Shown: positions 9,018-19,477, counted from the stretch's first letter. The stretch: 64,000 nucleotides of DNA from Polyangiales bacterium (GCA_038230375.1 JBBRNJ010000013.1:32001-96000), one strand, 5' to 3'. Notes: generated by a model not told the origin, from the letters alone. Made by a program: numbers and translations.

Positions 9018-10135
9018 AAGTCTTGAACACGCGCGGCCGAATCATCATCATTGCGACGGTGCTCCTCACGGGCTGCTCCGATCACTCGGCCAAGCCGATC
9101 GCGAGCGATCCCGGGCCCGCAGCGGCCCTGACGCTTGCGCCCGGCAGCCCGTCGCTCAAGTTCGTGAAGATCGAGGAGCTGCACGCGACCGAGGCCGGAC
9201 CCAGCGTCGTCCTCTCGGGTCGCATGACCTTCGACGAGGACCACACGCAGCGGGTCGCGACGCCCATCGACGGCCGCGCCACGGCGATCCTCGTGAAGCC
9301 CGGTGACAAGGTGAAGCAGGGGCAGGCCCTGATCGAGCTGAGCTCGCCAGGCGTTGGTCTCTTGCAGGCTGACGCGCAGAAGACGCAGCAGGACATGATG
9401 CTCGCCCAGAAGACGGTCGACCGCATGCACCGGATGAAGGTGGATGGCGCCGTCTCGGACAAGGAAGTCGCCCAGGCAGAGGCCGACCTCCAGAAGGCAA
9501 AATCCGACGTGGGGCGCACGACCGCCCAGCTCCGCTCGATCGGCGTCTCCGCCACGGACCCCGCCGTTGCCGTGGCCATCCGCGCGCAGATCGCCGGCAC
9601 CGTGGTCGAACGAAACGTGCTCGTCGGGCAAGAGGTCCGCGCGGATGCCACCACGCCCCTCCTCACGATCACGAACCTGGAGTCACTGTGGGTGATCGCG
9701 GACGTGTACGAACAGGACCTGGGGCTCGTCAGCTCTGGTGCGAACGTCAACGTCCGCGTCCCCGCCTATCCCAGTGACACGTTCCCAGGGACGGTGGCGC
9801 ACCTTGGTGACGTCGTCGAGCCGACCAGCCGTACCGTGAAGCTCCGCTGCGTCGTGCCGAACCCCACCGCGAAGCTGAAGCCGGAGATGTTCGCGAAGAT
9901 CTCCCTCGCCGAGGCGACCGGCAAGCAGGTCCTGGTCATTCCGTCGAACGCCGTCCTGAACGAAGCGGGCAAGCCTCGTGTGATCATCGTCGAGGGCAAC
10001 GCGTTCCGCCCTGTCGACGTGGAGGTCGGTCCCGACATCGAGGGGAAGGTTCGCGTGCTCAACGGCCTGAAGGCCGGCGACAAGCTCGTGACCGAGGGCG
10101 CGCTGTTCCTCAAGCACGACATCGACCACCGGTAG
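9014..10135 (+). CDS. czcB: CzcB-like RND periplasmic adaptor subunit
   Basis: Lipobox LLTGC, lipoyl-like VKPGDKVKQGQ, LWVIADVYE, LKPEMFA and GLKAGDKLVTEG. ATGA overlap with czcC. Confidence 0.9.
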   Translation: MKVLNTRGRIIIIATVLLTGCSDHSAKPIASDPGPAAALTLAPGSPSLKFVKIEELHATEAGPSVVLSGRMTFDEDHTQRVATPIDGRATAILVKPGDKVKQGQALIELSSPGVGLLQADAQKTQQDMMLAQKTVDRMHRMKVDGAVSDKEVAQAEADLQKAKSDVGRTTAQLRSIGVSATDPAVAVAIRAQIAGTVVERNVLVGQEVRADATTPLLTITNLESLWVIADVYEQDLGLVSSGANVNVRVPAYPSDTFPGTVAHLGDVVEPTSRTVKLRCVVPNPTAKLKPEMFAKISLAEATGKQVLVIPSNAVLNEAGKPRVIIVEGNAFRPVDVEVGPDIEGKVRVLNGLKAGDKLVTEGALFLKHDIDHR

Positions 10136-10145
10136 CTCGGAGAGC

Positions 10146-11588
10146 TCAGCTTCGCAGCTTGGCCAGTAGCTCGGCGACGCTCACTGTCGCGATGCTGGTG
10201 TAGCTGTCGGAGACTGCGTACGGGATGATCAGGTGATCCCCGTGGCGCAGCGCGCCGCACGAGTACACGACGTTCGGTACGTAGCCATCGCGCTCGTCCG
10301 CGTTCGGAACCAGGAGCGGCTCGCGCAGCTCACCAATGACGCGTGAAGGGTCCTCGAGGTCGAGCAGGAGCGCGCCCAGCCAGTACTGCCGCATCGGCCC
10401 GACGCCGTGCGTGAGCAGGATCCATCCCTCGCTGGTCTCTATGGGCGAGCCGCAGTTGCCGACCTGTACGAACTCCCACGGGTGCTTGGGGCCGTGGACG
10501 AACTTGGACTCCGTCCAGAAGTGGATGTTGTCCGACTTGAGCAGGAAGATGTTCTCCCCGTCCAGGCGCGAGGCCACCATGAAGCTTCCAGCCACCTTGC
10601 GCGGAAAGAGCGCCATGCCCTTGTTCTGCACGCAGGGGCCGTTCAGCGTGTTCATCTTGAAGTGCCGAAAATCGCTGGTCTCGATGAGCTGTGGCAGCAC
10701 GCGGAAGCCGTTGTAAGCCGTGTAGGTCGCGTAATACGTCACGCGGCCGTCCGGATGCGTGAAGCGCACGAAGCGCGCGTCCTCGATGCCACGGCTCTCG
10801 CTCTCGCTCACGGGGAAGATCACGCGCTCCGAGATCGGGCTGTCGGGTGAGAACTCGAGCTCGTAGTTGGAGTGCGCGAGCCAGAGCATGTTGTCCACCA
10901 GCTCTTTCCACTGCGTGACCGTCTCCTGGGGACGACACCGCTCGATGGCGTACCGGAGGTCGTTCATGGAAAACTCGCTGTCGAGCAAGGCCAGGACGGG
11001 GTCCGCGAGCGGTCGGTGGGCCTTCATCTCGACGAGCTTGTGGAGGTAGCTCGCCTTGTCATAGCGGGCGTCGTCTATGGGGCGTTCCGTGTGAGCGAAG
11101 CGCGTGGTCGGATCCATGACGACGCCGTTGTCGGCAGTGATCAGCCCCGTCCGGAACTCGATCGACGAGACGTGTCCTTCGCCGCAGGCGCGGAGGCTCA
11201 TGACGAAGCGCAGCGCGCCAGACGGCACGCCGTTCTGGTCCGGGTGCTGGACGATGGACGGGTTGAAGAGCGCGACCGCCTCCAGCGAGTACTCGTTCGT
11301 GAAGTACGCGCCCAGTAAGAGCCGCCGCTCCTCGCTCGGCTCGGGCTGCTCGCCGATTTGCGCGATCGCGGTCGCGTAGTGCTGACGCCAGATTCCGCGG
11401 ATGTCCTTGTGGCGTACGCGGTAGTCACTGACCAGCGTGGTGACCATCTGCGCCACCTCCGCCGGCGGAAGCGCGTGTACCCGTTCGATGATGGCGCGGA
11501 TCCGCGCAGCGCCGCCCGGGAGGAAGGGGCGTGCGATGACGCGACGGGGATCGGCGGCAAGGTGCACCGACAGGCGGGTGACGTCCAT
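10146..11588 (-). CDS. Glycoside hydrolase family 130-related glycosidase/phosphorylase
   Basis: LFNPSIV, GIEDARF, NKGMALFP, GNCGSPIET and GYVPNVVYSCG motifs. Confidence 0.85.
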   Translation of the reverse strand: MDVTRLSVHLAADPRRVIARPFLPGGAARIRAIIERVHALPPAEVAQMVTTLVSDYRVRHKDIRGIWRQHYATAIAQIGEQPEPSEERRLLLGAYFTNEYSLEAVALFNPSIVQHPDQNGVPSGALRFVMSLRACGEGHVSSIEFRTGLITADNGVVMDPTTRFAHTERPIDDARYDKASYLHKLVEMKAHRPLADPVLALLDSEFSMNDLRYAIERCRPQETVTQWKELVDNMLWLAHSNYELEFSPDSPISERVIFPVSESESRGIEDARFVRFTHPDGRVTYYATYTAYNGFRVLPQLIETSDFRHFKMNTLNGPCVQNKGMALFPRKVAGSFMVASRLDGENIFLLKSDNIHFWTESKFVHGPKHPWEFVQVGNCGSPIETSEGWILLTHGVGPMRQYWLGALLLDLEDPSRVIGELREPLLVPNADERDGYVPNVVYSCGALRHGDHLIIPYAVSDSYTSIATVSVAELLAKLRS

Positions 11589-11606
11589 GGACCCTTGTAA
11601 CACGAC

Positions 11607-13535
11607 CTAGGTCGCTGGCACTCGCGGCAGGTCCAGGATCGCGCTCCACGGGATTCTCCGCGCCTCGTCGTCCTGGAGCACCCACGCCCAGAAATAGGCC
11701 TCGCCCTTGGAGGATGCAGGTGTGACTCCGTATGCGCTCAGCGGATCGTCCTTGCGAACGGCGAGCATCACGGGCGGCACATAGGTGAGCTCGTTCGACT
11801 CCGGGTGGAACACCGCGAGCACCGGCGTCTTCGGTTTTGCGTATCGGTTCAGACCGACGAGCACGCGGCCATCCGGCGTCACGCGCGGCGCCTCTCCTGG
11901 AGTGTGAGCAAGCCTCGCGCGCTCCGTGCAGCGACCCTTCTCCGCGTGGCGAATCTCCCCCTTCCGCACCGTCCTCTTCCTCGGTTGATGCACGTAGAAG
12001 AACCCGTCGCCAGGCGCCGCGGCGCCGACGAACGTCTCGTACGTATCGAGATCCGGCACCAGGTCACACGTCTTCACGAAGGTGTCGCCTTTGGCGACGT
12101 ACGCCTTTCCGCCCCACACGATGACATCGGTGCCGTTTCCGGTGCGCGCGAAGCCGGCCCTTCGAAACGAGGGCCATTGATCCTTCGGCGTGCCCTTCGG
12201 TGCGGTCAGATCGGGCAGGCCCTTGGCCGGACTCAAGGTCTTGCCATTCCACACGAGCGGGCGGCGCGATTTTCTTCCGCGGATGGTGGGCTCGGTCGGA
12301 AAGAGAACGACCAGATCGCCCACCCACGCGACCTCCTTGATGTCGAAGTTGTCGGGCAGCTTGTCGAGCAGATCGACCGGTGGCTTCTTCGGTCGCTCGA
12401 CCCGCAACACTCCCTCGGGACGCGGCAGAAACACCTCGTTTTCGTACGGGTAGCGCACGCGATGAAGGATCTTCGATCCGTCTTCCTCCTTGAAGACCAC
12501 GGAGACCTGAACGTTCGCGAGCAGCGATTCCTTCGGCGGCCACGAGCGAAAATCCGTGAGCGAGGTCTTCTTGGAATGCCACCGCAGGAGACCCGGCTGC
12601 TGCGGGAAGTCGTCCGCGTTGGTGTTCCACTTCAACCGCACCTTGTCGATCTTCGTGTTCGATTTCGCCTTCGGTGCGGCCTTCGCGAGCGGCGCCTTCG
12701 GGAGCTTCTTCGGTACATACGAGATGAGCCCGCCGCCCGCCTTCTTCGCGAGCGTCTTTGCCTCCGCCACGTCAGCGAGCGGGATGACGGTGAGCTCGTG
12801 GCTGTCGCTCGAGATGTCGAGCTCCACGAGCGCGAGACCGTGCGCGGAGAGCGCCTGTCCACACAGCGCGATGAACGGGTCGGTCTTCGTCATGAGATGA
12901 GCGTCCTCGTCGTAGAACGCGAACGCCTTCTTGGCGTCGAACACCGCCGCATTCTTGCGAAGCTTCTTCTGCTTCACGATCACGTTCTCGATGCAGCCCT
13001 GGATCTCGTCCGCCGCTTCCTTCCAGTCCACGCCCCATGCCAGGTCGACGGCGTCGTCCGAGAGCGCGCTCACGAGCGCCAGGAACGGATCCACAGGATC
13101 GTCCTCCACGCTGCGATCCTCCAGAGCCTCCTTGAACTTCTTCCTGTAGGCCTCGGGATCGGAGAGCGCGAGCGACACCCGCGCCTTCGTCTTCGCATGA
13201 CCAGGCGCAAGGAGCTCCGCGAGCAGGAGCAACGGTGCGGACGCCGAACCCCCTTTTTTTGCCGACGCTTTCTTCGCTGGCTTCTGCTTCGACGGCTCCT
13301 TCTTCGACGCGCTTCCCGCAGAGGCTCCGCCGCTCTTCTTGACGTAGCCGTGCGCCAACTTTTCGCGCATGACCTTCTCGAGCTCGGCTTGTGCCGCGGC
13401 TGGCGTCTTCAGCTTCTTCACACGTGACTGACCCGCGGTCCCGATGCGACCGAAGTGGACATGGAGCGCCGCGCCCTTCACCTCGGCCTCCCAGAACTTG
13501 TAGTGCGCGCCGTCCTTGCATTCGAGACGAATCAT
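11607..13535 (-). CDS. WGR-domain protein with a DUF6630-like middle and a beta-rich C-terminal domain
   Basis: KFWEAEV...HFGRIGTAGQ...KLAHGY (WGR). VDWKE...DISSDSHEL (DUF6630-like). TATGTT lies 7 nt upstream of ATG 13535. Confidence 0.8.
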   Translation of the reverse strand: MIRLECKDGAHYKFWEAEVKGAALHVHFGRIGTAGQSRVKKLKTPAAAQAELEKVMREKLAHGYVKKSGGASAGSASKKEPSKQKPAKKASAKKGGSASAPLLLLAELLAPGHAKTKARVSLALSDPEAYRKKFKEALEDRSVEDDPVDPFLALVSALSDDAVDLAWGVDWKEAADEIQGCIENVIVKQKKLRKNAAVFDAKKAFAFYDEDAHLMTKTDPFIALCGQALSAHGLALVELDISSDSHELTVIPLADVAEAKTLAKKAGGGLISYVPKKLPKAPLAKAAPKAKSNTKIDKVRLKWNTNADDFPQQPGLLRWHSKKTSLTDFRSWPPKESLLANVQVSVVFKEEDGSKILHRVRYPYENEVFLPRPEGVLRVERPKKPPVDLLDKLPDNFDIKEVAWVGDLVVLFPTEPTIRGRKSRRPLVWNGKTLSPAKGLPDLTAPKGTPKDQWPSFRRAGFARTGNGTDVIVWGGKAYVAKGDTFVKTCDLVPDLDTYETFVGAAAPGDGFFYVHQPRKRTVRKGEIRHAEKGRCTERARLAHTPGEAPRVTPDGRVLVGLNRYAKPKTPVLAVFHPESNELTYVPPVMLAVRKDDPLSAYGVTPASSKGEAYFWAWVLQDDEARRIPWSAILDLPRVPAT

Positions 13536-13627
13536 GGCGCCAAACATATCGCGAACTCCGCGCGCACGACATGTACCGGCAGGAAATTCGCCTCCCCGAC
13601 GCGGCCGTGATCGGCGACACTGCGTCG

Positions 13628-14110
13628 ATGGTTCGTTCCCACAAAACGTGCGCGCTTCGCGTGCTCCTCCTGGTCGCTCTCTCGACGACGGCGTTTGCCT
13701 GTGGCCGCGCGCAGAAGGACAACGCTGGGACGCAGGGCAGCTCCTCGGGACCGCAGAGCAGCTCCTCGGTGCCGCTCGTCCTCGCGCCGTCGAGCGAGGG
13801 CCCGATGTCGGCTCCGATCCCGGGCGCAGAGGGCGTTGTCGCCGCGCTGCGGCCGCACTTCAAGCTCTGCTACCGGGCCGGACTGATGCACGACCCCACC
13901 ATCGAGGGCAGCGTCGTGATGGACGCGGTCGTGTCGCCCGATGGCGCGGTGACCTCGGTGAAACAACACCTTCCGACGACGCTCCCACCCGTGGTCGTGG
14001 GCTGCCTGGAGGACGCGCTGAAGACCGCGAAGTTCTCGCCGCCTGGAGGCACAGGCAGCTCCATTCGCGTGCCCGTCAACTTCCACCACGCCGGTGACGG
14101 CGGTACATGA
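13628..14110 (+). CDS. Lipoprotein with an AgmX/PglI (TonB-C-like) C-terminal domain
   Basis: Lipobox TAFAC. FKLCYRAGLMHDPTIEGSV...VSPDGAV...CL...AKFSPP...IRVPVNF. Confidence 0.78.
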   Translation: MVRSHKTCALRVLLLVALSTTAFACGRAQKDNAGTQGSSSGPQSSSSVPLVLAPSSEGPMSAPIPGAEGVVAALRPHFKLCYRAGLMHDPTIEGSVVMDAVVSPDGAVTSVKQHLPTTLPPVVVGCLEDALKTAKFSPPGGTGSSIRVPVNFHHAGDGGT

Positions 14111-14177
14111 CCCGCCGGCAGCTGGCCCCATGGCGTTCGCGCGAGACTTCCGCACGCCGCGCTGGTAGCGAGGGTTC

Positions 14178-15695
14178 ATGGAGGCAACGCTAGCGTCCCT
14201 GAAGAAGCGACTCGCGCAGGTCCCCGACGGCGCCGGCGTGCTCTTCTTCATCCAGATCTTCGCGACCCTCGGGTTCGCTGTCCTCTACTCGACGCTCGTC
14301 CTCTACGCGACGAAGCACCTGCATTTCTCGACCAAGGACGCGACCACCATCATGGGGGTGTTCGGCGCGTTCAACTATGGGCTGCACCTGTTCGGTGGGT
14401 ACCTGGGCGGGCGGTTTCTCAGCAACCGCGCGCTGTTCGTCGGTGGCATGGCGCTCCAGGTCCTTGGTTGCGGCTGCATCGCTGTCGGCTCCGTCGCCAT
14501 GCTGTACGTTGGCCTCGCGCTGTTCCTGACGGGGAGCGGCTTGAACGTCACGTGCATCAACATGATGCTCACGCAGCGATTCAAGCCGGATGACGTGCGC
14601 AGGGAGGGCGCCTTCCTCTGGAACTATGCTGGCATGAACATCGGCTTCTTCGTGGGCTTCGCGGCGGCGGGCCACTACCAGCTCACGGAAAACTATTCCG
14701 GCCTCTTCATCTTCGCGACCATCGGCAACTTCGTCGCGATCATCATCGCAGCGTTCTTCTGGAAGACCCTGGCCGATCGCGATACGCCTCTCGCCGAGGT
14801 CGACGCCAAGAAGTTCCGGCTCCGCTTCATCGCGGGCATCGGCATTCTCTTCGGTCTCGTCCCTGTCGTGTGGTTCTTGCTGCAGCATCCCCACGGCACC
14901 GAGACCCTCGTGAAGGGTATCAGCGCGATCGTGGCGCTCACGCTGGTCTGGCTCGCGTGGAAGCACCGTGACGCGCGCGAGAAGAACAACATGTGGGCCT
15001 ACCTGATCCTCACGATCGGGTCGCTCGTGTTCTGGGCGCTCTACCAGATGGCGCCGAGCGGTCTGCAGCTCTTCGCGGTCCAGAACGTCAATCGCAAGGT
15101 GTGGGGCCACGAGGTCGCGCCGCAGTGGATCCAGAACATCAACACGATCGTCATCGTCGTGGGCGGCCCGCTGATGCATGCGCTCTTCGTGAAGTTGCGC
15201 GCGCGCGGCTTCCAGATCGACGTCCCGAAGCAGTTCTCGATCTCGCTCATCCTGATGGGCCTGGGGTTCCTGGCGTTGCCCGTGGGCATCGCCTTCGCAG
15301 GCGCGGATGGAATGAGCTCGTTCTGGTGGCTCTTCCTCAGCTACGTGCTCCAGAGCATTGGTGAGCTCCTGATCTCGCCCGTTGGCTACGCGATGATCGG
15401 CAAGCTCGCGCCGCGCCAGTATCAGGGCGTGATGATGGGGTCGTGGATGCTCGTCACGGGACTCGCTTCGCTCTTCGCAGGCGACTTCTCGAGCATGGTC
15501 CCCGAGCCGGCCGAAGGCTCCGCGGCCTTGTCCACGAACCCGCTCTGGTCGCGCCTGTTCCTCTGGCTTGGCTGCGGCAGCCTGGTTGTGGGCGTGGTGC
15601 TCGTGGTGCTCATCCCGTTCCTGCGCAAGCTGATCACGGATGGCGACAAGGACTCGACCGAAGCCCCGGTCGCGACAAAGCCGAGCGCCGCCTGA
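14178..15695 (+). CDS. POT/PTR-family proton-dependent oligopeptide MFS transporter
   Basis: Many TM helices. FGGYLG, RREGAFLWNYAGMNIG, FWALYQM, QNIN and GELLISPVG motifs. Confidence 0.88.
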   Translation: MEATLASLKKRLAQVPDGAGVLFFIQIFATLGFAVLYSTLVLYATKHLHFSTKDATTIMGVFGAFNYGLHLFGGYLGGRFLSNRALFVGGMALQVLGCGCIAVGSVAMLYVGLALFLTGSGLNVTCINMMLTQRFKPDDVRREGAFLWNYAGMNIGFFVGFAAAGHYQLTENYSGLFIFATIGNFVAIIIAAFFWKTLADRDTPLAEVDAKKFRLRFIAGIGILFGLVPVVWFLLQHPHGTETLVKGISAIVALTLVWLAWKHRDAREKNNMWAYLILTIGSLVFWALYQMAPSGLQLFAVQNVNRKVWGHEVAPQWIQNINTIVIVVGGPLMHALFVKLRARGFQIDVPKQFSISLILMGLGFLALPVGIAFAGADGMSSFWWLFLSYVLQSIGELLISPVGYAMIGKLAPRQYQGVMMGSWMLVTGLASLFAGDFSSMVPEPAEGSAALSTNPLWSRLFLWLGCGSLVVGVVLVVLIPFLRKLITDGDKDSTEAPVATKPSAA

Positions 15696-15703
15696 GCAAG
15701 CAT

Positions 15704-16165
15704 TCACGGACGCACGAAGTAGCGGACGCGCTTGCCGTTGCGCGGGTCGTCCGCCTCACCGCAGGCCACAAAACCCAGCCGTTCGTGGAACGCGAGGCTG
15801 CCCGGATTGGCCGGCACCACGTTCACCTCGCAGCAGAGTGGCCGCCCCACGGCCGTCGCGGCAAGGTCTTCGTAGAGGCGCCTCGCGATGCCGCGGCCCT
15901 GCGCTGCGGCCGCGACCACCACGCGATCGATGTACAGGAAGGCCGGATATCGCGCCGCGAACCAACCGTGGTTCGGACCGTGCGGCGGCGTCGCCTCGCT
16001 CAGGGCGATCAGGAATGCGCGGCCGCTCTCTTCGACGCGCGCGTGTGCCGCGAGCGCCACGAGCGCCTCGAGCGTCTCGGTCGTGAGCTCATTCACCTGG
16101 GCCGCGTACGCATTGTTGAGTGCGAGGACCGCGGGCAGATCGTCCTTCGTGATGGGGCGAATCAT
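15704..16165 (-). CDS. GNAT-family acetyltransferase
   Basis: YIDRVVVAAAAQGRGIARRLY acetyl-CoA motif, plus NPGSLAFHERLGF. Confidence 0.88.
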   Translation of the reverse strand: MIRPITKDDLPAVLALNNAYAAQVNELTTETLEALVALAAHARVEESGRAFLIALSEATPPHGPNHGWFAARYPAFLYIDRVVVAAAAQGRGIARRLYEDLAATAVGRPLCCEVNVVPANPGSLAFHERLGFVACGEADDPRNGKRVRYFVRP

Positions 16166-16179
16166 CGTGCGTGTGTGCG

Positions 16180-16389
16180 TTATTCGCAGCCGCAGACCGT
16201 GCCTGCGCCGAGCCCGCTGGCGCCCTCGGAGACCGCGCGCACGTGCGCGTCAACACCGTTCGTGATCTGCTCGGAGGTCATCGTGGGGTGGGCGAGCACG
16301 CTACGGTCGATCACGCGTCGGGTCACGCAGCCGGCGGCAAGGAGCGCGAGCCCGAGCACCACGACCAGCAGCGCCGTTTTTCGGACCAT
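16180..16389 (-). CDS. Small DUF4266-like lipoprotein (69 aa)
   Basis: C-terminal end of ORF 16180..17343: MVRKTALLVVVLGLALLAAGC...LAHPTM...EGASG...CGCE. TACCAT lies 6 nt before the ATG. Confidence 0.75.
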   Translation of the reverse strand: MVRKTALLVVVLGLALLAAGCVTRRVIDRSVLAHPTMTSEQITNGVDAHVRAVSEGASGLGAGTVCGCE

Positions 16390-16436
16390 CCAGTCATGGT
16401 AGCACCCCGCGAACGGGACGCTGGCGCTCGCGCGGC

Positions 16437-18418
16437 TCACGGGGCGTCGGCGATGGCGACGAAGCTCGCGTGGTCGCTGTCGAAGCCCTCGGGGAGCATG
16501 GCGTCCCACACTTTCTCGCTCACGCAGTGAGCCGCCTTCGGGCTCGCGGGCGTGAGCGTCACGGAGCCGACGTTGACGATCTCGTCCACGGTCGTCTCCA
16601 GGTGCACCTCCGCGTGCGTGCCACGCGCGCCGCATGCCCGCAGCGCGTCCGCCACGACGGCGCGCAGCACGGCGTCGGGATCGAAGCTTGTGCCACCACC
16701 ATGGCCGATCGAGCCGATCGAGCCGAGACCGATGCCCTCCCCCCTGCCGCCACCGCCCTCGCCGATCCCGCCCTCTCCGCGCTCGAGGCCTTCGGTGGAC
16801 GGTCGTACGCCGGGCTCGATCGCGAGGTAGCTCGTCACCGGGGACACGGCGCCGCCCTTCGTCGCCAGCAGCATCATCTCGGCCTCCGAGAGCTCGTGCA
16901 TCACGGACGAGCCGAAGACGAGCCCCGACCACAGCCGCCCTTCGGACTCGCTCGGCGAGAACTGGAGCGAGACCGCGCGGGACCACAGCTCGCCAGAAAC
17001 ACGGATGTCTCCCGCGGGGTGCGTCTCGATCCCGAGGTGCTCGAAGCGCTCCCCTTCCTTGATCTCGTCGTGGAAGGAGAGCGCGGAGGGGGCGCCGACC
17101 ACGGCAACACGCTGGAGACGGGTCGGGCGGACCCACTCCAGGAATACCCGGCGCTGCGCCTCGTCTTCGAGCCGCTCTGGGATGGTCGCGCGGTAGAGCA
17201 GGCCGCCCGTCTTTCGCGGGACCTGCGCCCAGGCGTCTTCGTCGTCGCGCGTGAGCTCTGCGTCGCCCGAGCCGACGGTCGCGACGTGGACGACGGCGCC
17301 GCTCCGCGCGACCTTCGTTGCGAGCACCGCTGGCGTGGCGCATCGCGTGTTCGCAGGTCGGTCAGGACGAGCACGCGTCGCACCGCACCCGGAGACTGCG
17401 CAAGCCATGCGTCGGCGTCCGCAAGGGCATCGTCGAGCTGGCTGCCATTCTTGTCGGGGCTCTGCAGGCCGTAGAGCCTCGTGATCGCGTCGCGCACGGG
17501 AACGCTGACACCGAACGGGGTGCGGACCGCGCGGTCGAAGGTCGTCACGTGGACGTTCGCGTTCGGGAGGTGCGATAGGTAGGCGCGCGCGGCGCTGCTT
17601 GCGAGCGAGAACGACGCCGCCATGGAGTGAGAGCCGTCGATCACGATCGCCACGTCCGCGTACGCAGGCACGCGCCCGAATGCAGGCGCCGCATCCATGG
17701 CCACGTGGACCAGGTGACGCGCGGTGCCGAGCGGAACGCTGGCAATCGCGCCGCGCATCTTCTCCTCTACGGCCGGACGCAGCTCGATCACGGTTGGCTG
17801 TCCAGCGTCGAACGTACCCTGGGCGAGCATGCCCGAGACGAGCACGCGATCTCCTTCGTGCACGGCCGACACCTTCACCTTCGCGCGATGGAGCTCCGTT
17901 CCGAGCGGCGGAAGCGTCATGGTGTAGCGCCCAGCCTCGTACGCGAGGGGCATCTTCATCGTGTACTCGACGGTCTTCTCCGCGCCAGCCGGCACCGGGA
18001 AGACCTGCAGCGCCAGCAGGCCCTGGCTGCGCCAGGAGAGCAGCGCTGGATCCTTCGGGTAGTAGCCGCCGATACCTGTGAGCTCCTGGTACTTGTGCGC
18101 CGCCGTCTCGGCCTCCATGAGATCGCCCTCGAACCAGATCGGCTCACCGCGCGCGTTCCTTCCCTGCGTGCGGAGCCGTGTGGCGACCGCCTCCGCGGGG
18201 ATATCGAGAAAGAAGAGGGCCTGGTCGCTCCTGGGTCCGGAGTTCCGAACGGCGCGGGTGACCACCAGCGTGGCGACGCCGCGATCAACCTTCACGTCCA
18301 CTGCGTGGACAGTCTCGCGAAGATCGAAGCGCGTGCTGACGACCTGGTCCGCGGACGCGCCGCTTGCGACCGTGGTGCATGAGATGAAGCCAGCCGCAAC
18401 GAGGAGTCCATGGCGCAT
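16437..18418 (-). pseudogene. Secreted VIT/vWA-domain protein split by a 1-nt frameshift
   Basis: The N-half (ORF 16901..18433) has a signal peptide, a VIT-like region, MIDAS IDGSHS and LVLTD. The C-half (ORF 16437..17408) has the GEGGGGRGEGIGLGSIG linker. Inserting one base between 17338 and 17337 (minus strand) gives a continuous ...RTRDA-x-TPAVLATK... reading. Confidence 0.75.
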
Positions 18419-18571
18419 GAACACCAGCGACAAGCGCGCGGGGAGGGAGTTCCCGCTTTGTCATCGAACGAACGATACGCGCGCACACGCAACCGCAAGA
18501 CTGCAAACTTCTGTCGAGAGAGGCACTCGCATACGCGCTGCCTGGTCGACAAACTGCGCTACGATGGATGT

Positions 18572-19444
18572 GTGCGCCGCCACCTCATTCTCCTCGCGCT
18601 CGTCTTGCACGGGGGCATCGCCGCGTGCGGGCTTTCCACGCTCGGTACGGGACCGGACGCCGTTGATGCCGTCGACGGCGCTGCGGACGGACGCTCCGGA
18701 GGACCGAGCGGCGCGGACGGAAGCGTGTCAACGCAGGACGGCGGACCTGAAGGCGGGGACGGCGGAGGGGTCGTGGACGGCTCCAGTGACGGCACGACCA
18801 AGCCAGCGGATAGCGGCATCGGCTGCACGGTCGGTGCGACCGCCACCTCGCTCTGCGACAACTTCGACGACCCGTTCACCGGGTGGGCTTCGTTCTGGAC
18901 TCTTCAGAACCCGGCGATGAGCCTCGTGTCGCAGGACGTCACCACGAGCGTGAGCGCTCCGAAGTCGCTCTATGCCGGCGCGCCGATGAACACGCCCGAC
19001 CCGTACGAGGTCGGGTTGAAGAAGCAGATGGCGTTCGGCAAGACAGTCACGGTCGACTTCGACTACGAGGTGATCGCCACCGGTGGCTACGTGGAGGTTG
19101 TCCAGATCATGTTCGGAGGCACGGACAACGCGCGCTTCCTCGTTAACACGTCGGACACCATCGCCTACGTTGACGGGTACAATGGCACGTCGCGCAGGGG
19201 CGTCGGCGCGGGGGTCGCCACGCTCGGCGGATGGCACCACGCGCATGTCGTGTTCACGTTCGCCAGCGCCGGCGGAGGCGCGTCGATCACGCTCGATCAC
19301 GGCGCCACCCTTCCCTCCAACGTGGGCGACACCGTTGGCACCGCCCCCGCCACCTTCGATGTTCACGTCGGCAATTCGCCTGGCATGGGACAGGCTGCCT
19401 CGCGCGCGAACGTGGACAACTTCGTGCTCACCGTCACGCCCTAG
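18572..19444 (+). CDS. Lipoprotein with a D/G-rich linker and a beta-sandwich (lectin-like) C-terminal domain
   Basis: Lipobox GIAAC, LCDNFD, WHHAHV and NVDNF. TACGAT lies 6 nt before GTG 18572. Confidence 0.7.
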   Translation: MRRHLILLALVLHGGIAACGLSTLGTGPDAVDAVDGAADGRSGGPSGADGSVSTQDGGPEGGDGGGVVDGSSDGTTKPADSGIGCTVGATATSLCDNFDDPFTGWASFWTLQNPAMSLVSQDVTTSVSAPKSLYAGAPMNTPDPYEVGLKKQMAFGKTVTVDFDYEVIATGGYVEVVQIMFGGTDNARFLVNTSDTIAYVDGYNGTSRRGVGAGVATLGGWHHAHVVFTFASAGGGASITLDHGATLPSNVGDTVGTAPATFDVHVGNSPGMGQAASRANVDNFVLTVTP

Positions 19445-19477
19445 ATCGCCTGCATTTTTAGCCCGTATTCGCGTATC

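Noticed and set aside
16180..16389. Small Cys-ending peptide as a RiPP precursor modified by the adjacent GNAT
   Set aside because: It has a lipoprotein signal and a DUF4266-like pattern, and no RiPP maturases are present.
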